Positions 40,987-54,444 of a DNA stretch of 64,000 nucleotides are shown here, piece by piece. The stretch comes from Batkoa obscura (Eukaryota). Made by a program: the position numbers and the translations under genes. How positions within the stretch are numbered: the first letter of the stretch is position 1; each line of letters starts with the position of its first letter. The notes below the pieces were generated by a model, which did not search any database, was not told the DNA's origin, and was given only the letters and a program-made list of their open reading frames with translations. The stretch spans positions 124,001 to 188,000 of the forward strand of contig JASVEC010000019.1 in the NCBI GenBank assembly GCA_030770535.1. The letters are read 5' to 3'.

Positions 40987-41087
40987 TGGGAGTGTTTTTT
41001 TTAACTTCATTATTTTTTCCATTTTTTAAGCGCTATTTAAGCGGAAAATTTGTTAGTAAAATTCTTAAACACAAAAATACATCCCCA
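40987..41087 (+). mobile_element. MITE family A copy (close to consensus)
   Basis: ta|tgggagtgttttt...aaaaatacatcccca|ta. Confidence 0.9.
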
Positions 41088-41320
41088 TATTTTATTGTTA
41101 AAATTCAACTTTAATAAAAAAAGCTGTCATAGCTTGAATTTTGTTTATTAAAATATTCTGACCAGTGTTTAAGTTTGTGTATCAAAAGTTTACTGATGCT
41201 TACTAATAGCTTTTACAATATATATGTCTGAATGCAATAGTTTTAAATATAAGCTACTATTATTCACTTTATTTTCACTTGTTTGTTAATTATATTGTTA
41301 GCTTTTAAAAGTGTAAAAAG

Positions 41321-41534
41321 AATATTTTAAAACAAATACATATCAAATTGGGACTGATTGCATTTAGATGCTTCCTTTTATTTTGATTTGTCATTAATTT
41401 CTTTTACATTAAATTTATGGATCATACGTAACCCTAGCCTATATTTTCATTACAAAAGACATTAACAAATCAAAATAAATCAGAGCATCTAAATGCAATC
41501 AATCCCAATTTGATATGTATTTGTTTAAAATATT
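41321..41534. repeat. Long imperfect inverted repeat / foldback element
   Basis: Arm aatattttaaaacaaatacatatcaaattgggactgattgcatttagatgct...ttattttgatttgt pairs with ...acaaatcaaaataa...agcatctaaatgcaatcaatcccaatttgatatgtatttgtttaaaatatt. Confidence 0.85.
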
Positions 41535-43074
41535 GACTTTATAGCTCTGCAACCCTATTATGACCCAACTAACTGCTCATTAAAGATAAAAATTTGCTAA
41601 AATCCTATATTAGTCTTTAAAAAACTAAACAAACGGATAACTGACTTTATTGTGACCTAATTGGGATAAATTTTAGAGTTACAGCAGCTATATTGAAATG
41701 AACAAAAAGAACGTCAAAGTAATGACAGCTTAATTCTGATTTTCTAGGTCAACATATTTTTCAAATAAAGCAACTTTAGGATAAATTTTTAGGGTAAATT
41801 AGACACTTGAATTTTATTTCAAGTTTATGATTGTAAGGCGTATTTTTATAGTTCTTAAATAAAAAGATGAAGTTCTAAGTTTTTTATAATTTGCACTCAT
41901 TTTTATTCCTTTAAAATAACAAAACTCAAATCATTCTAATGAGATAACAGTTATAGATAGTCAAAAAAAGTTAATCAAAAGAAATTTTTATAGCTTAAGT
42001 TAAATTCCTTTTATCCTTTTTGACTTTTTGAACATAAATTTATTTTTAACTCTACTCGTTATATCCCTTTTTATACGTCATTTTTTTTTTAAAATTAACG
42101 TTAAAATGATTGTTTTCAAAGAATTGCTGAATAATTTAATTCCTTCAAGGATAAGTTATGATTTTCTATTTAATAAATTAGACAGGGTTTTAGCCAATCA
42201 GAGTTGTTATTAGTTTTTAATTAGACATATCAATCTATTACACCAATAGCAGAATATTATTATATTATTATATAAACAAAAATAATAATATGAAAAATAA
42301 AGTTTTATTGTTTTGAAATAAATTATTACCCTTAAACTATTCTCATAATTTTTTCAAAGCCTTATATTGTTTCAATATGCGCTTCATTAGAATGAATATG
42401 TTTAGACACTCTCCTTTTATGAGTTGATAAATGGATGTTAATTGGCTAATATTGTTTTATTTTAAATAGAGGTTAAAATTTATTCAAAATTTCAGAGTAA
42501 ATATTAGACTAACTAATATGGACAAGATGGATTATACAGATTTTATTGGCTATCTATATTGAAGCCAACAAATGATATTTAAATTAGGTTAATAAGGTGT
42601 GGAGATTAAAAGTATTTTTAGATCTAATAAATTTGATTAAGCTGATTTGATAATTTTCAGCACTAAGCGTCATTTTGAAACGTTTTCGTCTCTCATCTTT
42701 AGTTAATCACCTTAAAAGCAGCTTATTCTTAATTAATCTTAGCAGGGTTGATCTATGCAATTGTGTTTAAAGTATTAATTTAATATTTTTTTTAAATTAA
42801 TCTAAATTGTTATAATATTTCAATTTTTTAAATCTTTTTTCTTCTCAATTCTTTTTGATTATTGAACTTTGAGTCTCATTTGTTTTTTAAATAATTACCA
42901 TCTTTCGTTTATTTTAAAAGCTTTCTTGTTTAAATAATTAGATCTTTCCTTTCCCTTTATTCATTGTTATTTTTAATCTGTTACTACCTCCATTATAGTG
43001 AATAGACTTACACTATTTTGATCTTATTGTTTTCCTTTACCTTTCATTATAAAAGTTGTTTTTAACTCATCAAA

Positions 43075-45913
43075 ATGAGTGATGATAATAATAATATAAG
43101 TAAAAGCCCTTCTTTATTACGTCGTAACAGAGCTGATACCCTACCTTCAATGAATTCCGTTCAACAATTTAACATCAATCCTACTCAAGAAAAAAGTAAC
43201 CTTGGAAATGACCTAACATCATCTCTTTATCGTAACCGTCTTAGTTCTTATAGTATCAACCCAACCGAACCAGCTGGGAGTCCTAGCATTACCAAAGTCA
43301 ATTCCTGGGATGATCCATTTACTTCATCAAACAAAAGTTACCAAGGAGTTTCAAAGATGCCAACTTCATTTTTATCCCATTATGAAAGTTCGGCAGCTAA
43401 AACCCTTGATTTCCTTGGTTTAAATGAAGAGTTGAATGCTCCAACTATCCCTTCCCCAAAGCTAAATGGTATGATTATAAATAATTTTAATTAATATTCT
43501 AAATTTAATTTTATAGCTTCTCGTAGGAATAGAGCGATGACGTTACCAGGAAACAATCCTTTAGCACCTCCATTCAAAAGCAATCGACCACCTTCAATGG
43601 GTGCAATTAGCGATGGTGAAAGCGAAAATACTATTCATTCGCCTACTTCTGGACAATCTACACTTCTTGATGGAGCCCAAAAAGACCAAGTAATTGATTT
43701 GATTATGAATAATATAGTATTTATTAATTTGACTAGGATTTAGAATGTTTGTCCCTTAAGTTAGAGAACTTGAGTCTTGATACTACTCTTAGCAAATTGA
43801 CAGTTGAACTTTCCAAATATGGAGATGTTGAATCTGTACAAATGGTTAAAAAAGACGGGGTTGGTTATGTTACATTTTCCAATGCAGAAGAAGCAAAGAA
43901 TGCTCAAACTAGTATGAACAACAAAGAATTTTTAGAATCACTTCTGAAAGTCAATTTTTATAGAGTTAGTATTAATATAGATATTTAGTTAATTGAAACT
44001 AACTTTTACAGGAACCAACTAATGATCAAACAAATACAGCTAATTCTAGTCAAGGTAATAAATTTACCTTAAATTTTTTTAACGCTAAACAGCAAATTAG
44101 GTAATCTTGCTACTGATCCTTCCGGTTTAAATCAAAACAATTCTGGTGCTAGGTAATGAAATATTCAAAATTAAAATCAAATATACTTATTTTTTTAATA
44201 GTCAAGAAGCCAATAGTTTCTATAAAAAAGTACATTATTTCATTTCAAAATTTAAAGTAAAAATCTAACAATACATAATAGACTATAGACTATTATAACC
44301 AACAAGCAGAAGATTTTAAGCTAGCTGTAGCTGAAGTTTCAACTAGAGGCTTAAAAAAGCATGGTAAATTAAAGTTGATGGTTTTTTGACTGAGAATTTA
44401 ACATTTCAATAGAACTTCTTATGTCATACGAATATGCAGTTACCTTACCACCTATCCCAAATCCAACTTTTAAGAAAAGAGTTGAGCCAACCAGATTAAG
44501 AGAGCTTCGTAAATTGCTTGAATCGGAACCTAATACCGAAGCAATTGATAGCTCTTTTGAAGAAACTAAAGATTCGTGGGTGGATCTTTGCTCAGGTAGG
44601 ATGTTTTATTGTATTTTAGAAGCATATAATTAATACGGTTAATAGATTATATTGGGAATATTATTATTCAAAAGCTTATTGAACATGGGACTGAAGAACA
44701 AAAAACAATGCTTATAAATTCTGTTGCACCATATATGGCAGCTATTGGAATTCGTAAGTTAAATAACCATTATTTTGATATTTATTAAAATATAAAATAG
44801 ATAAAAATGGTACTTGGGCTATTCAAAAAATGATTGAATGTGCTGATACGGACGCACAGGTATATTCATTCGAAATTATGAAATTTTATAAATCTAACTT
44901 TATCTTATAAGGTTGTTCCAATAGCTGCTGCTTTAAAACCTTTTACACCTGCACTTCTTTTGGACCAGTTTGGAAATTATGTAGTACAATGTTGTTTAAA
45001 ATTTGAGTCTCCTAACAATCAGTTCATTTTTGATGCTATTTACTCTCGATGTTCCGAAATTGCACAGGGACGCTATGGTGCAAGAGCAATACGCACTTGT
45101 TTAGATAGTCAATTTACTACACAAAAACAAAAGGAATTAGTTTCCGAAGCGCTTATGCGTAACGCCTATTCTCTTTCTACTAATGCTAATGGCTCACTCT
45201 TGTTAAATTGGATACTTGACTCTCAATTTACCGAGCATTATATGGGTATTGTAGTCAATTTGAGTGGCCATTTATCACAGCTGTGCTGCCATAAGTTAGC
45301 TTCTTCAATTATTGTTCGATTAATTAATCAGCAACTCGATTCACAAGCACGTGAATACCTTCTTTATAAACTCTTTTTCCAAAACTCTGGACCTGTAATC
45401 AAAGATATTCTTACTGATTATAGCCAAGGAAACCAATTTGTACAAAAAATATTAAATTCTCCATATCTAGATGAAGAAACCAAAGCTTCGATTCAAATGT
45501 CGGTAACAAAATATAATAGTCAATATATAGATCATCAACAACTTATGGGATATCGTCGTCTCCTTTTCGATGAAGCCATGGCTCATTCTGGACATTTCCT
45601 TCAGAATCAAGCTTTACCAATTCAACACGATCCCAATTTCCCATCATTCAATCCTGGGATGAATCCTGGGATGCCAAATACTCAAGATAACCCTGGAAAC
45701 TGGTCTTGGGGATGGAATAGCCAGGCTCAAACCCAAGCCACGTTACCAAACTATATTACAAGTATGTCAACGCCAAGTCCCAATCTTTTTAACCAAAATA
45801 ATTCTTATTTTATGCCCACTACCGCCCCAAGTATGAATTCCAGTAGTGTACAGCCAAATGAGTCAAAAGATTCCAAAACTTCGACCTCTCATATTGCCCT
45901 TAACATCAATTGA
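43075..45913 (+). CDS. JSN1: Pumilio-family RNA-binding protein with RRM (Jsn1/Puf2-like)
   Basis: RRNRADTLPS motif, RRM (KYGDVESV...GYVTF), RLRELRK, DYIGNIIIQKL, HKNGTWAIQKMI, DQFGNYVVQCCL, GRYGARAIR. Confidence 0.88.
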
Positions 45914-47189
45914 AACCTATTTAATAATTGTTCCTTTTCTTTTAGATGTATGCTTTAGTTTTTACTTGACTTTATTTTAAAAGTTACAAGATTAATATTA
46001 AACTTCAATATTGTTCTTGTCCAAACTTTCTAGTTTCTTTATGCTAATAAATGTATTTTTTTTACTTCTATTAATACTTGCTTTGGGTAAAAGGTTGAGT
46101 AATTAATTATTAAATAAATGTTATAATACTAAACCTGTTTATTTTTCATGTGCCATTTCAGTTTTATTGTGAAGTAACTGACGGAATGGAATGAGAGTAG
46201 TTTATGCCTACTATTAAAAGCCATATAGTAAAACCTATTAAAAATCTAGAATTGTAGAGGCTTAAAGTGAAAATAATAGCATAAATGCCTAATTAGATGG
46301 ATAAATGCTTACTTCCTTTAGTTTAATGTTCTTACTTTTTACTTCTATAAGAACTATTGACGCCTTCACTTAGATTTACTTTGCTTCTTATAAAGCACAC
46401 AGTGTTGTTAACTTTTCCGAATTTCAGAAATAGTTTAAGATAGGCTTAAAATGATAGATTTTTATACTAATTAAAAGAATATAACATACATCATTATAAT
46501 ATCTATATAAAGTAACATTGGTTATATGTTGATAAAATAAAATGAAATAAACATGAATAGACTTAAATGCTTTGAATTTATGACTTTTTCTTTTTTAAGG
46601 AAATCTTGGAGGAAATAAACTCCCAAGCGGTTTATTGCTAGAAGTAAGTAGATGTATAAAAAAATTGAATAATGAGGATAAGGATAGCTGAAATCAAAGG
46701 AAAAAGTAGATAAATTTCAAAATTTCAAAATTAAATAAAATGGTTGTTTATAGTATTTTGTAAAATTTATAAACTAAAACAGAAAAATAATAAGCTTAGA
46801 ATACAAAATCACCTAAATAATATCAACACATGATAAGTTTAATCCGTTTCTATTAATTATTCATTTTTTTATTTTTAGTTTTATCACTTTATTATTATTA
46901 TTAAAGGTTAAAATTTATGAAACCAAATTATCTACTAATTTATTAAAAAATAAAAAAAGCTATAGAACAAATAGACGTTATTAGTAAAAATATAAGTAAT
47001 ATTTTAAAACTTTGAAATAAAGAATAGGTTTCAAAAACAAGGTCTTAATAAATTGAAAATCCTTGAGATTAAGACATTTCCAAAGGAATCCCTAGTGCTA
47101 CTATAAGTATTTAAAAAAACTTATGGAAATTTATACACACTTATAAGAAAGGATTTTGTTGACTTCCATAGATCTGAGAGCACTTGATA

Positions 47190-47288
47190 TGGGGATGTTT
47201 TTTTAGCTTCAGCATTTTTTCTATCTTTTAAGCGCTATTTGAGTGGGAAAATTGTTAGTAAAATCCTTAAATACAAAAATACATCCCT
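47190..47288 (+). mobile_element. MITE family A copy
   Basis: ta|tggggatgttttt...aaaaatacatccct. Confidence 0.85.
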
Positions 47289-47592
47289 ATATATTAGAAA
47301 ATTCCCGACTCAATTTATATTAAGGTCAAATAATATAACGCTTATTATTAAATTAGTAACTTATCGATTAATAATTTACTTGATAAATTTAAAAATAATA
47401 AGCTGCTTAAACATCTGTGTTTATTTTCAAAGGATTCTTTTAATAGCTCTTTATGAAACTGTATATAGTCATAATTGGTCTATACTAAATTTTTAATAAT
47501 TTTAAGATACAAAATTAATATATAACATCACTTAATATGACGACAACACGAAATTGTAAATTTTGAAGCGATAATAATATATATAAAGATAT

Positions 47593-48324
47593 TTATTTTG
47601 TGATATCAGAAATATAAGATCCAAGTGTACTTGAGCTTTTCTTGAAATATTTTGATTTAACAATGAAGGATGAGGGGACATCGTCCTCAATATCGTTTTC
47701 ATCAGCACCAATTACTTGGCATATTTCTTTAATACAAGGAAATAAAGCAAGTTTGTTTGGTTTAAACTCGTAAATTATGCTTTTATCTGGCTTTATGATA
47801 AACATGCCACCCAATTGCTTGATATCCCCGCTACCAGAGTCTTTGACATTAAGCACATCCATAACATAGTCGTCTACTTTTTTAACAAATTTACTGTTCA
47901 TTTGTTTATTCAATTCCTTATCGCTCAATTTGACTAATCCTGCTGCATGGTATACCTTTCTTTCTACATCTAATAATATATCCCAATCCCAATATCCGTT
48001 TAAAAAATCAGTCAAATCGATATCTTCAAAAGCAACTGCAACTAAATGAATTTTCTTTTCATCTAAAATCGGTTGGAGCCTTTTTAGCATTAAAACTTCA
48101 TGACGACATAAACAACAACCTAATCTTGGTAATACTTTCAGTAGTACTGTCTTATCATTCCATTTTTCTTCCAGTAGAACATCTTTCCCTGTTGGATTTT
48201 TCAGTACTATATTGGAAAAGATGTCAGCATCTCTCTTGTCTTTAGTTTTATTTATTTTTAAAAGCTTAAATATTGCTTTCAATTGGACTTTTATACCCTT
48301 TTTTATTGTTTTATTTGATACCAT
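47593..48324 (-). CDS. Peroxiredoxin-like 2 (PRXL2/FAM213, AhpC-TSA_2) protein, copy 1, intronless
   Basis: RLGCCLCRHE CxxC motif, LVAVAFE, DVERKVYHAAG, GDIKQLGGMFII. Confidence 0.85.
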   Translation of the reverse strand: MVSNKTIKKGIKVQLKAIFKLLKINKTKDKRDADIFSNIVLKNPTGKDVLLEEKWNDKTVLLKVLPRLGCCLCRHEVLMLKRLQPILDEKKIHLVAVAFEDIDLTDFLNGYWDWDILLDVERKVYHAAGLVKLSDKELNKQMNSKFVKKVDDYVMDVLNVKDSGSGDIKQLGGMFIIKPDKSIIYEFKPNKLALFPCIKEICQVIGADENDIEDDVPSSFIVKSKYFKKSSSTLGSYISDITK

Positions 48325-50355
48325 TTATTTGAAATAAAAATTTACAAATTAATAATTTATCTTGTTTTTATATGATCAAAGCTAAGTATTATAACTACTT
48401 TTATACTAATAAGAATAAGAGTAAAAAAAGGCATCAAAATTATGGTGCAGACTAAAAAAGTCTTCAATTTCGTACCCTTACGGCGCATGAAAAAAGCTAT
48501 CCATAAATTCTAAGGATTTGGCTTTAAATGTTAATATCGCTAAAATTAGTGATTGGAAATCAGCTATTACATTGTATTTATATTCAATGTATGTAGTTAA
48601 TATATATAACATTATTTTATTAATTAAACATCTAAAACTACATCTTCGGAATTTGTAGACACTTTTCTCATACATGGTAACGTATGCATATTTAAACTGA
48701 AAAGTCCAATTCTTTACGGTTCTGTTTTGTAAAAGTAGTAAACAGAGCATAAATACCGAAAAAATAAAGGTCATGGTGATTGTTTATAATTTTGAAAGGT
48801 TAAGAACCCCAGATGTTTTACAATAAAAAAACAAATTGAAAGCTTAGAGAGAAACAAGAGGATAAAATTTACGTTTACCTGAATTAGATTCAAAAGATAA
48901 ATAGTAATAAGTTTACAAATAATTTATGATGAGCTCTACTTATCAATAAAAGATTAAAAAACTACAAATAGAGCCTTTGTTAATTAAAATAGTGTTTTTC
49001 CTTTTTTAACAAACTAAGTATTATTAAATTATAAAATATTTAAATAATAGGAAAGACAACGAAAAATTACATTCTGTAATTACTTTTTTGCATAGTTCTA
49101 AAATGAGTCATATAAAATTTATATTTAAATTTAGATCAAACTGAAAAAAATTATATACATTTGTATATTTTTATGAAATGCATATCATTTATTGACCCCT
49201 ATAATCTTAAATACTTGATATTCTAAATTTCTTCACTTAATTTAGATAAAGATCAAAAACCATAATATTTATTTAAATTTATACTTCAAAATTCATAAAG
49301 CAGAATTAAGCTACTCAATAGGTTCGTTATTTAAGAATATACAAAATTCTATACTTTTCAGGATTTTTTCAAAAAAGAGTAGGACATTTTATTATTATCG
49401 TAAGCATTTAACAAAGAAATTGTTTATTAGATGTTTGACCATAATCTTTAACATTTTCTTGATCCTCAGATATGTTTAAAAGATAATCCCTTAAGTTCTA
49501 AGTAACTCCTGGCCTAAAATAAAGGGGAAATATTATTCCGTAGATCATCATTTTATTATCAGGGGAAAAACGGGGTTTTTAATCAAATTTTATAGAGTAA
49601 AAATGCTGCAATATAAAATGCAAAAACCGAAAGGCACATACATTTTACCTAATTACTATTTCTTGGGAGTTAAAATTACAAGCGTCCAGAAGTATAGTTG
49701 AATTTTGATGAATGAAAGGTGATTAAGCATGAAAATAATTTCTTAGGTAAAATATTGCATCTCACAACTTGGTTGTGAGTAAAATATATCACTTCAAATA
49801 CTACAGTTTTTAAAATTAAAACTTGAGCTTAATTAAATTTGTAACGTTAGTGTTTAAATTTTAAATATACTGCATGATATATTAATAAACGAATACCCAG
49901 TATAACTTTGTATTTAAACAAAATCACATTGGAAATATGAAAATATGTAAGGAAAATTTGTAAAATAAATATGATGTTATTAGCTCACTATATATTACTT
50001 ACAAGCTGTCCAGAAGTGTGGTAAGAAAAGTTATTATGAAATCATGAAGTTATATTTTATTTAAACTTTTGCATGTGCAACAATTATTGCTTTAATAAAT
50101 ATTTAATCCTAATAAGGTAATTAACAAAAACAATACCTATTCTTGTGCTATTGATTTAATAGATACTACCTCAGATATAGACTCTCTAAAAAAATATTCC
50201 TGCTAATAAAGCAACACAGATAAAACTGTTTAGGACTACCTTTTTAAGATAACAAATACATTTATAATATCATTTAATAAAATATTTTAAATATAGTTGT
50301 TACCAAAAAAGAATATATGTATAACCCTATACACTTTATTAAAATTAAATATTGT

Positions 50356-51087
50356 TTATTTAGATTCATCAGAGTTGTGTGAGCTAGACTTACTTGGACT
50401 TTTCCTCAAATATTTTGATTTAACAATGAAAGATGAGGGAACATCGTCCTCAATATCGTTTTCATCAGCACCAATTACTTGGCATATTTCTTTAATACAA
50501 GGAAATAAAGCAAGTTTGTTTGGTTTAAACTCGTAAATTATGCTTTTATCTGGCTTTATGATAAACATGCCACCCAATTGCTTGAAGTCTCCATTACCAG
50601 AGTCTTTGACTTTGAGCATGTTCATAATATACTCATCGATCCATTTGAAGGGTTTATTGTTCATCTGATTAGATAACTCATTTTCACTCAATTTGACTAA
50701 TCCTGCTGCATGGTATACCTTTCTTTCTACATCTAATAATATATCCCAATCCCAATATCCGTTTAAAAAATCAGTCAAATCGATATCTTCAAAAGCAACT
50801 GCAACTAAATGAATTTTCTTTTCATCTAAAATCGGTTGGAGCCTTTTTAGCATTAAAACTTCATGACGACATAAACAACAACCTAATCTTGGTAATACTT
50901 TCAGTAGTACTGTCTTATCATTCCATTTTTCTTCCAGTAGAACATCTTTCCCTGTTGGATTTTTCAGTACTATATTGGAAAAGATGTCAGCATCTCTCTT
51001 GTCTTTAGTTTTATTTATTTTTAAAAGCTTAAATATTGCTTTCAATTGGACTTTTATATCCTTTTTTATTGTTTTATTTGATACCAT
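50356..51087 (-). CDS. Peroxiredoxin-like 2 protein, copy 2 (tandem duplicate)
   Basis: Same motifs and same length (243 aa). Long tracts are identical to copy 1 at offset 2763. Confidence 0.85.
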   Translation of the reverse strand: MVSNKTIKKDIKVQLKAIFKLLKINKTKDKRDADIFSNIVLKNPTGKDVLLEEKWNDKTVLLKVLPRLGCCLCRHEVLMLKRLQPILDEKKIHLVAVAFEDIDLTDFLNGYWDWDILLDVERKVYHAAGLVKLSENELSNQMNNKPFKWIDEYIMNMLKVKDSGNGDFKQLGGMFIIKPDKSIIYEFKPNKLALFPCIKEICQVIGADENDIEDDVPSSFIVKSKYLRKSPSKSSSHNSDESK

Positions 51088-54000
51088 TTATTTGAAATAA
51101 AAATTTACAAATTAATAATTTATCTTCTTTTTATATGATTAAAATTAAGGATTGGAATTACTTTAATAACATTGAGAATACGAACAAGGAAATGCATTAA
51201 AATCAGGATATAAACTAAACAAGCTTTAAGTTGTATTCATAATATTTATGTGAGCAAACTGGAATCGACTACTAAATTATCTATATCTTTTATCATGTTT
51301 TTGGCTGAAAATATGTATAGTAGTGTTGAAAACAGTCCATATTACAGCGAACAACAATACATCAATAAGATTCAAACGTTCTCCTTTCAATCTCCTCTTC
51401 GTTAATAGGTTATAAGCTTTTACGTATCACAATATATTTCACAATGAATTACTTAATTTGGTTATTAGCTTTTAAATTTGAAATTTAAAAAGTCACGTGC
51501 ATAATTATTATAGCTATATATTTTTATGTCATATTGGTGAGCATCAAACCACTTTATACCTATTTAAAAGCTCAGGTTTATCGTTATGTCGCTATGTTCA
51601 ATTTTTTTTGTAATACGTTTACACTGATGAATCTTTTTCAAAATGTACGTTTGTTATCAAACTATGAAAATAAATATTACAATTTAATAATTTGTTCTAA
51701 AAGTATATTATTGGAATATTAACTTTATTGGTTAAAGTTTTAAAGCTTATTTGAATTTGAATTTGGACTATTTTAAATATAAATCATCCATTAAGTATTA
51801 TTTTTAAATTAGAAACATCATACTACTTATTTGAGTTGTCTAACGATATTAATTTAGATTAACTTCTTACTTATTATTTTAAATTTAAATGATTCGAATA
51901 TGTGTTGTAGTAATAATTTTTTATATTTCTTTACTTTTTTATTGAACAGTTAAGAATAAAAACTACTAGTTTAGTTTTAAAAGAGAAGCCTGTGTTTAAT
52001 TTAATATTATTAGTTACTTATTACAAACACAAATCGCAATAAAAGTAACTAAATTTGATGTTAATGTTAAGTTGAATTTTTGCTATAGTAAAACTAATCC
52101 GCGATATAAATATTAAAAAACAATTAGATAGATAACATTGTCTATTAAGAATAACTATTTAAATTTTATTAAAAGACAAAATTAAATCAAATAGCTATTT
52201 AAACATAATTATTCAGTATAGCACTTCTATGTATTTTTTAAATATTTTAGTAATTATTTACATTTTGACTTGAACTTTTTAGTTCATCATAAAATTCAAT
52301 CAAGCTATATTTTATATTACTATTTAAAAAGCATTATTTGTAAAGATAGCTTTACATATTATTGAAAAGCTAATAACATATTTAATATATTTTAATATTT
52401 TAATTTTATAGTTAACAATCATAAAATAAACTCTAGTTTGAGCTTTCAAAAAAGATAATACTTCATGACGGTTTACTTGGCAAACATTAACTATTTTGTT
52501 ATTAATACTTGTTTATTTTGTTTTATTTATATGGAGTCTTATTGTATTTAATAATAATGCATAGTAGCCATAGGCTTTTGCCTATATTTCAGCTTTTTTG
52601 AAAATCGAGGCGAACTTTGTAATATTTTTTTAGCTATAAAAGATGAAAATTAGAAATAAAAGGCTTATGATAGTATATATTGGAAGTAAGTGAAGTACTT
52701 ATAAAATAGAAGGATCGATTTAGTGATAGAATTAGATAACTCAATTGTGAGTCTTGATTAAAAAAGGAGTCAAAAGATGAAGATCTAGACTATTTAAGGT
52801 GAGGGGGAAGTGAGATAATTCTTTGATAGCAAGGTTTTTGTAGTTAGAAAAGGAAGAGCTTGGCTATCAGTTTTTTATATTTTTGATTTTTTGTAACAAT
52901 CTTTATTTTTATTTTTGATTGGCTATTTCAAAGTCTTTTTCGATAGAAAACATACAAGGCATTCTTTGAAATTATGCAAATACTACCGATACAATTATTA
53001 TAATTTAAATTTATTAAAAAAGTAGATTGAAAACTAATAAATAAGCCCTATATAGTAACTAAAATGGCGTATACTCCATATAAATATGTGCTTTGAATTT
53101 GGTCTGATGATTGTAGCACGGAAATGTATATTTATACCCAAAAGCTTAAACGCTACATAATGCAATCATCAAATGGTATATCTTACTAAGAAATACTTAC
53201 TGCTTTACTGTAGGTTACAAGAAACATTAAAGCAAATTTAAACTTTACATGTCTGATTGCTTTCACCACTTGAAAAAAATCAGGATACTCAATAAATAAT
53301 GTAAGATACTATTTTAAGAAGATTAGAGTATAATAGACGTAAGATACCTCTAAAAGTTTGATTTTTTAAAGACGGGCTATTCGTTTATTAGCTACACCTT
53401 TCACAATTTCAAGTTTTATATTTTTATATTGTTCGAATACTTTAGAAAATACGGTGTTCTAAAAATAATACCAAATTATTAAAATTCCTTATTCAAGAGT
53501 TTTTTTTGAGAAAGTGATAACAAAAAACATTATATTAAAACAAAGGATTTTTTGGTTGATATTATAGAAATCTGTATGAAAGAGTAGTTCCAACAAATAA
53601 ATAGTATTTCAACTTTCTCAGCTTTTTCGATAATATTAATTTTTGATTTTTATGTTAAAAAATTCTACTTTATAAGATTATTTTATTAATTTTTTAACTT
53701 ATTTGATTAATTTTCTATCACCTGGATCAAATTTGGCTAATTCTTTTACTACTTCAATAATTTTAATGTGACACCACTGTATCACGATAACTTAAATAAA
53801 GTAACATTAGGTTCTTAATGATATATTTTCATATTTACACCGAAATTGCCATTTTAAACAATTTAATACCTAATTTTAATTAACAATAATATATATTTGA
53901 GTTCAAATAGGCATTTCTATTTAAAAATGTAATTTCCCGATCAATCAATCTATCAATGTATTTGAAAAGAGTAAATTTATTTATCAATATATTCGAAAAA

Positions 54001-54444
54001 AGGCAATGTATTTGCCAATATATTGTTATTCTATTCCAAACATAACCATCCCAACTTTGTCTTCATGAAGTTAAAATAATTTAGAAATAAATAGTATCCA
54101 TTAAATAACTATTATCAGTTCTATATTTGTATTTAACCTTTATTAAAACCTTTAGTCACGCTATTAATATATCAAATCAACACCCTAGAGAACAGTAGTA
54201 TTCTCAAGACAATATGATAACATCTAGTTACAACTATTATATACAAACTGTCCAAAACTGAGTCTAAGGAAAGTAGAGATAGGCCCTTACCATACTAGTC
54301 TAGATGTACTAATGATTTCACGACTAAAAAATGCGGGTTAGCGATTGGCTCAAGTAAAGATTGAAAAATTCGGATTCAAATGGTTGCACAAGAAAAAGTA
54401 TAAAAGTCAAAAATTAAAAAATTAAGAAAACAAATCTGATTAAT

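Noticed and set aside
48478..48774. Short intergenic ORFs (also 36151-36378, 42028-42213, 51534-51722, 56426-56626)
   Set aside because: Their F/L/I/K-rich composition is expected from random AT-rich DNA, with no motifs or splice partners.
49676..50025. ~20-bp imperfect direct repeat (ttacaagc[t]gtccagaagt) and a small palindrome ctcacaac-ttg-gttgtgag between the PRXL2 genes
   Set aside because: Too short and isolated to assign a function or element boundaries.
47593..51087. Selenoprotein U-type Sec recoding in the PRXL2 genes
   Set aside because: The active-site codons are all TGT (Cys) and there is no in-frame TGA.
53100..53260. Box C/D snoRNA candidate (TGATGA...CTGA) with partial hairpin
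   Set aside because: There is no clear terminal stem or recognisable rRNA guide, and such motifs are common by chance.
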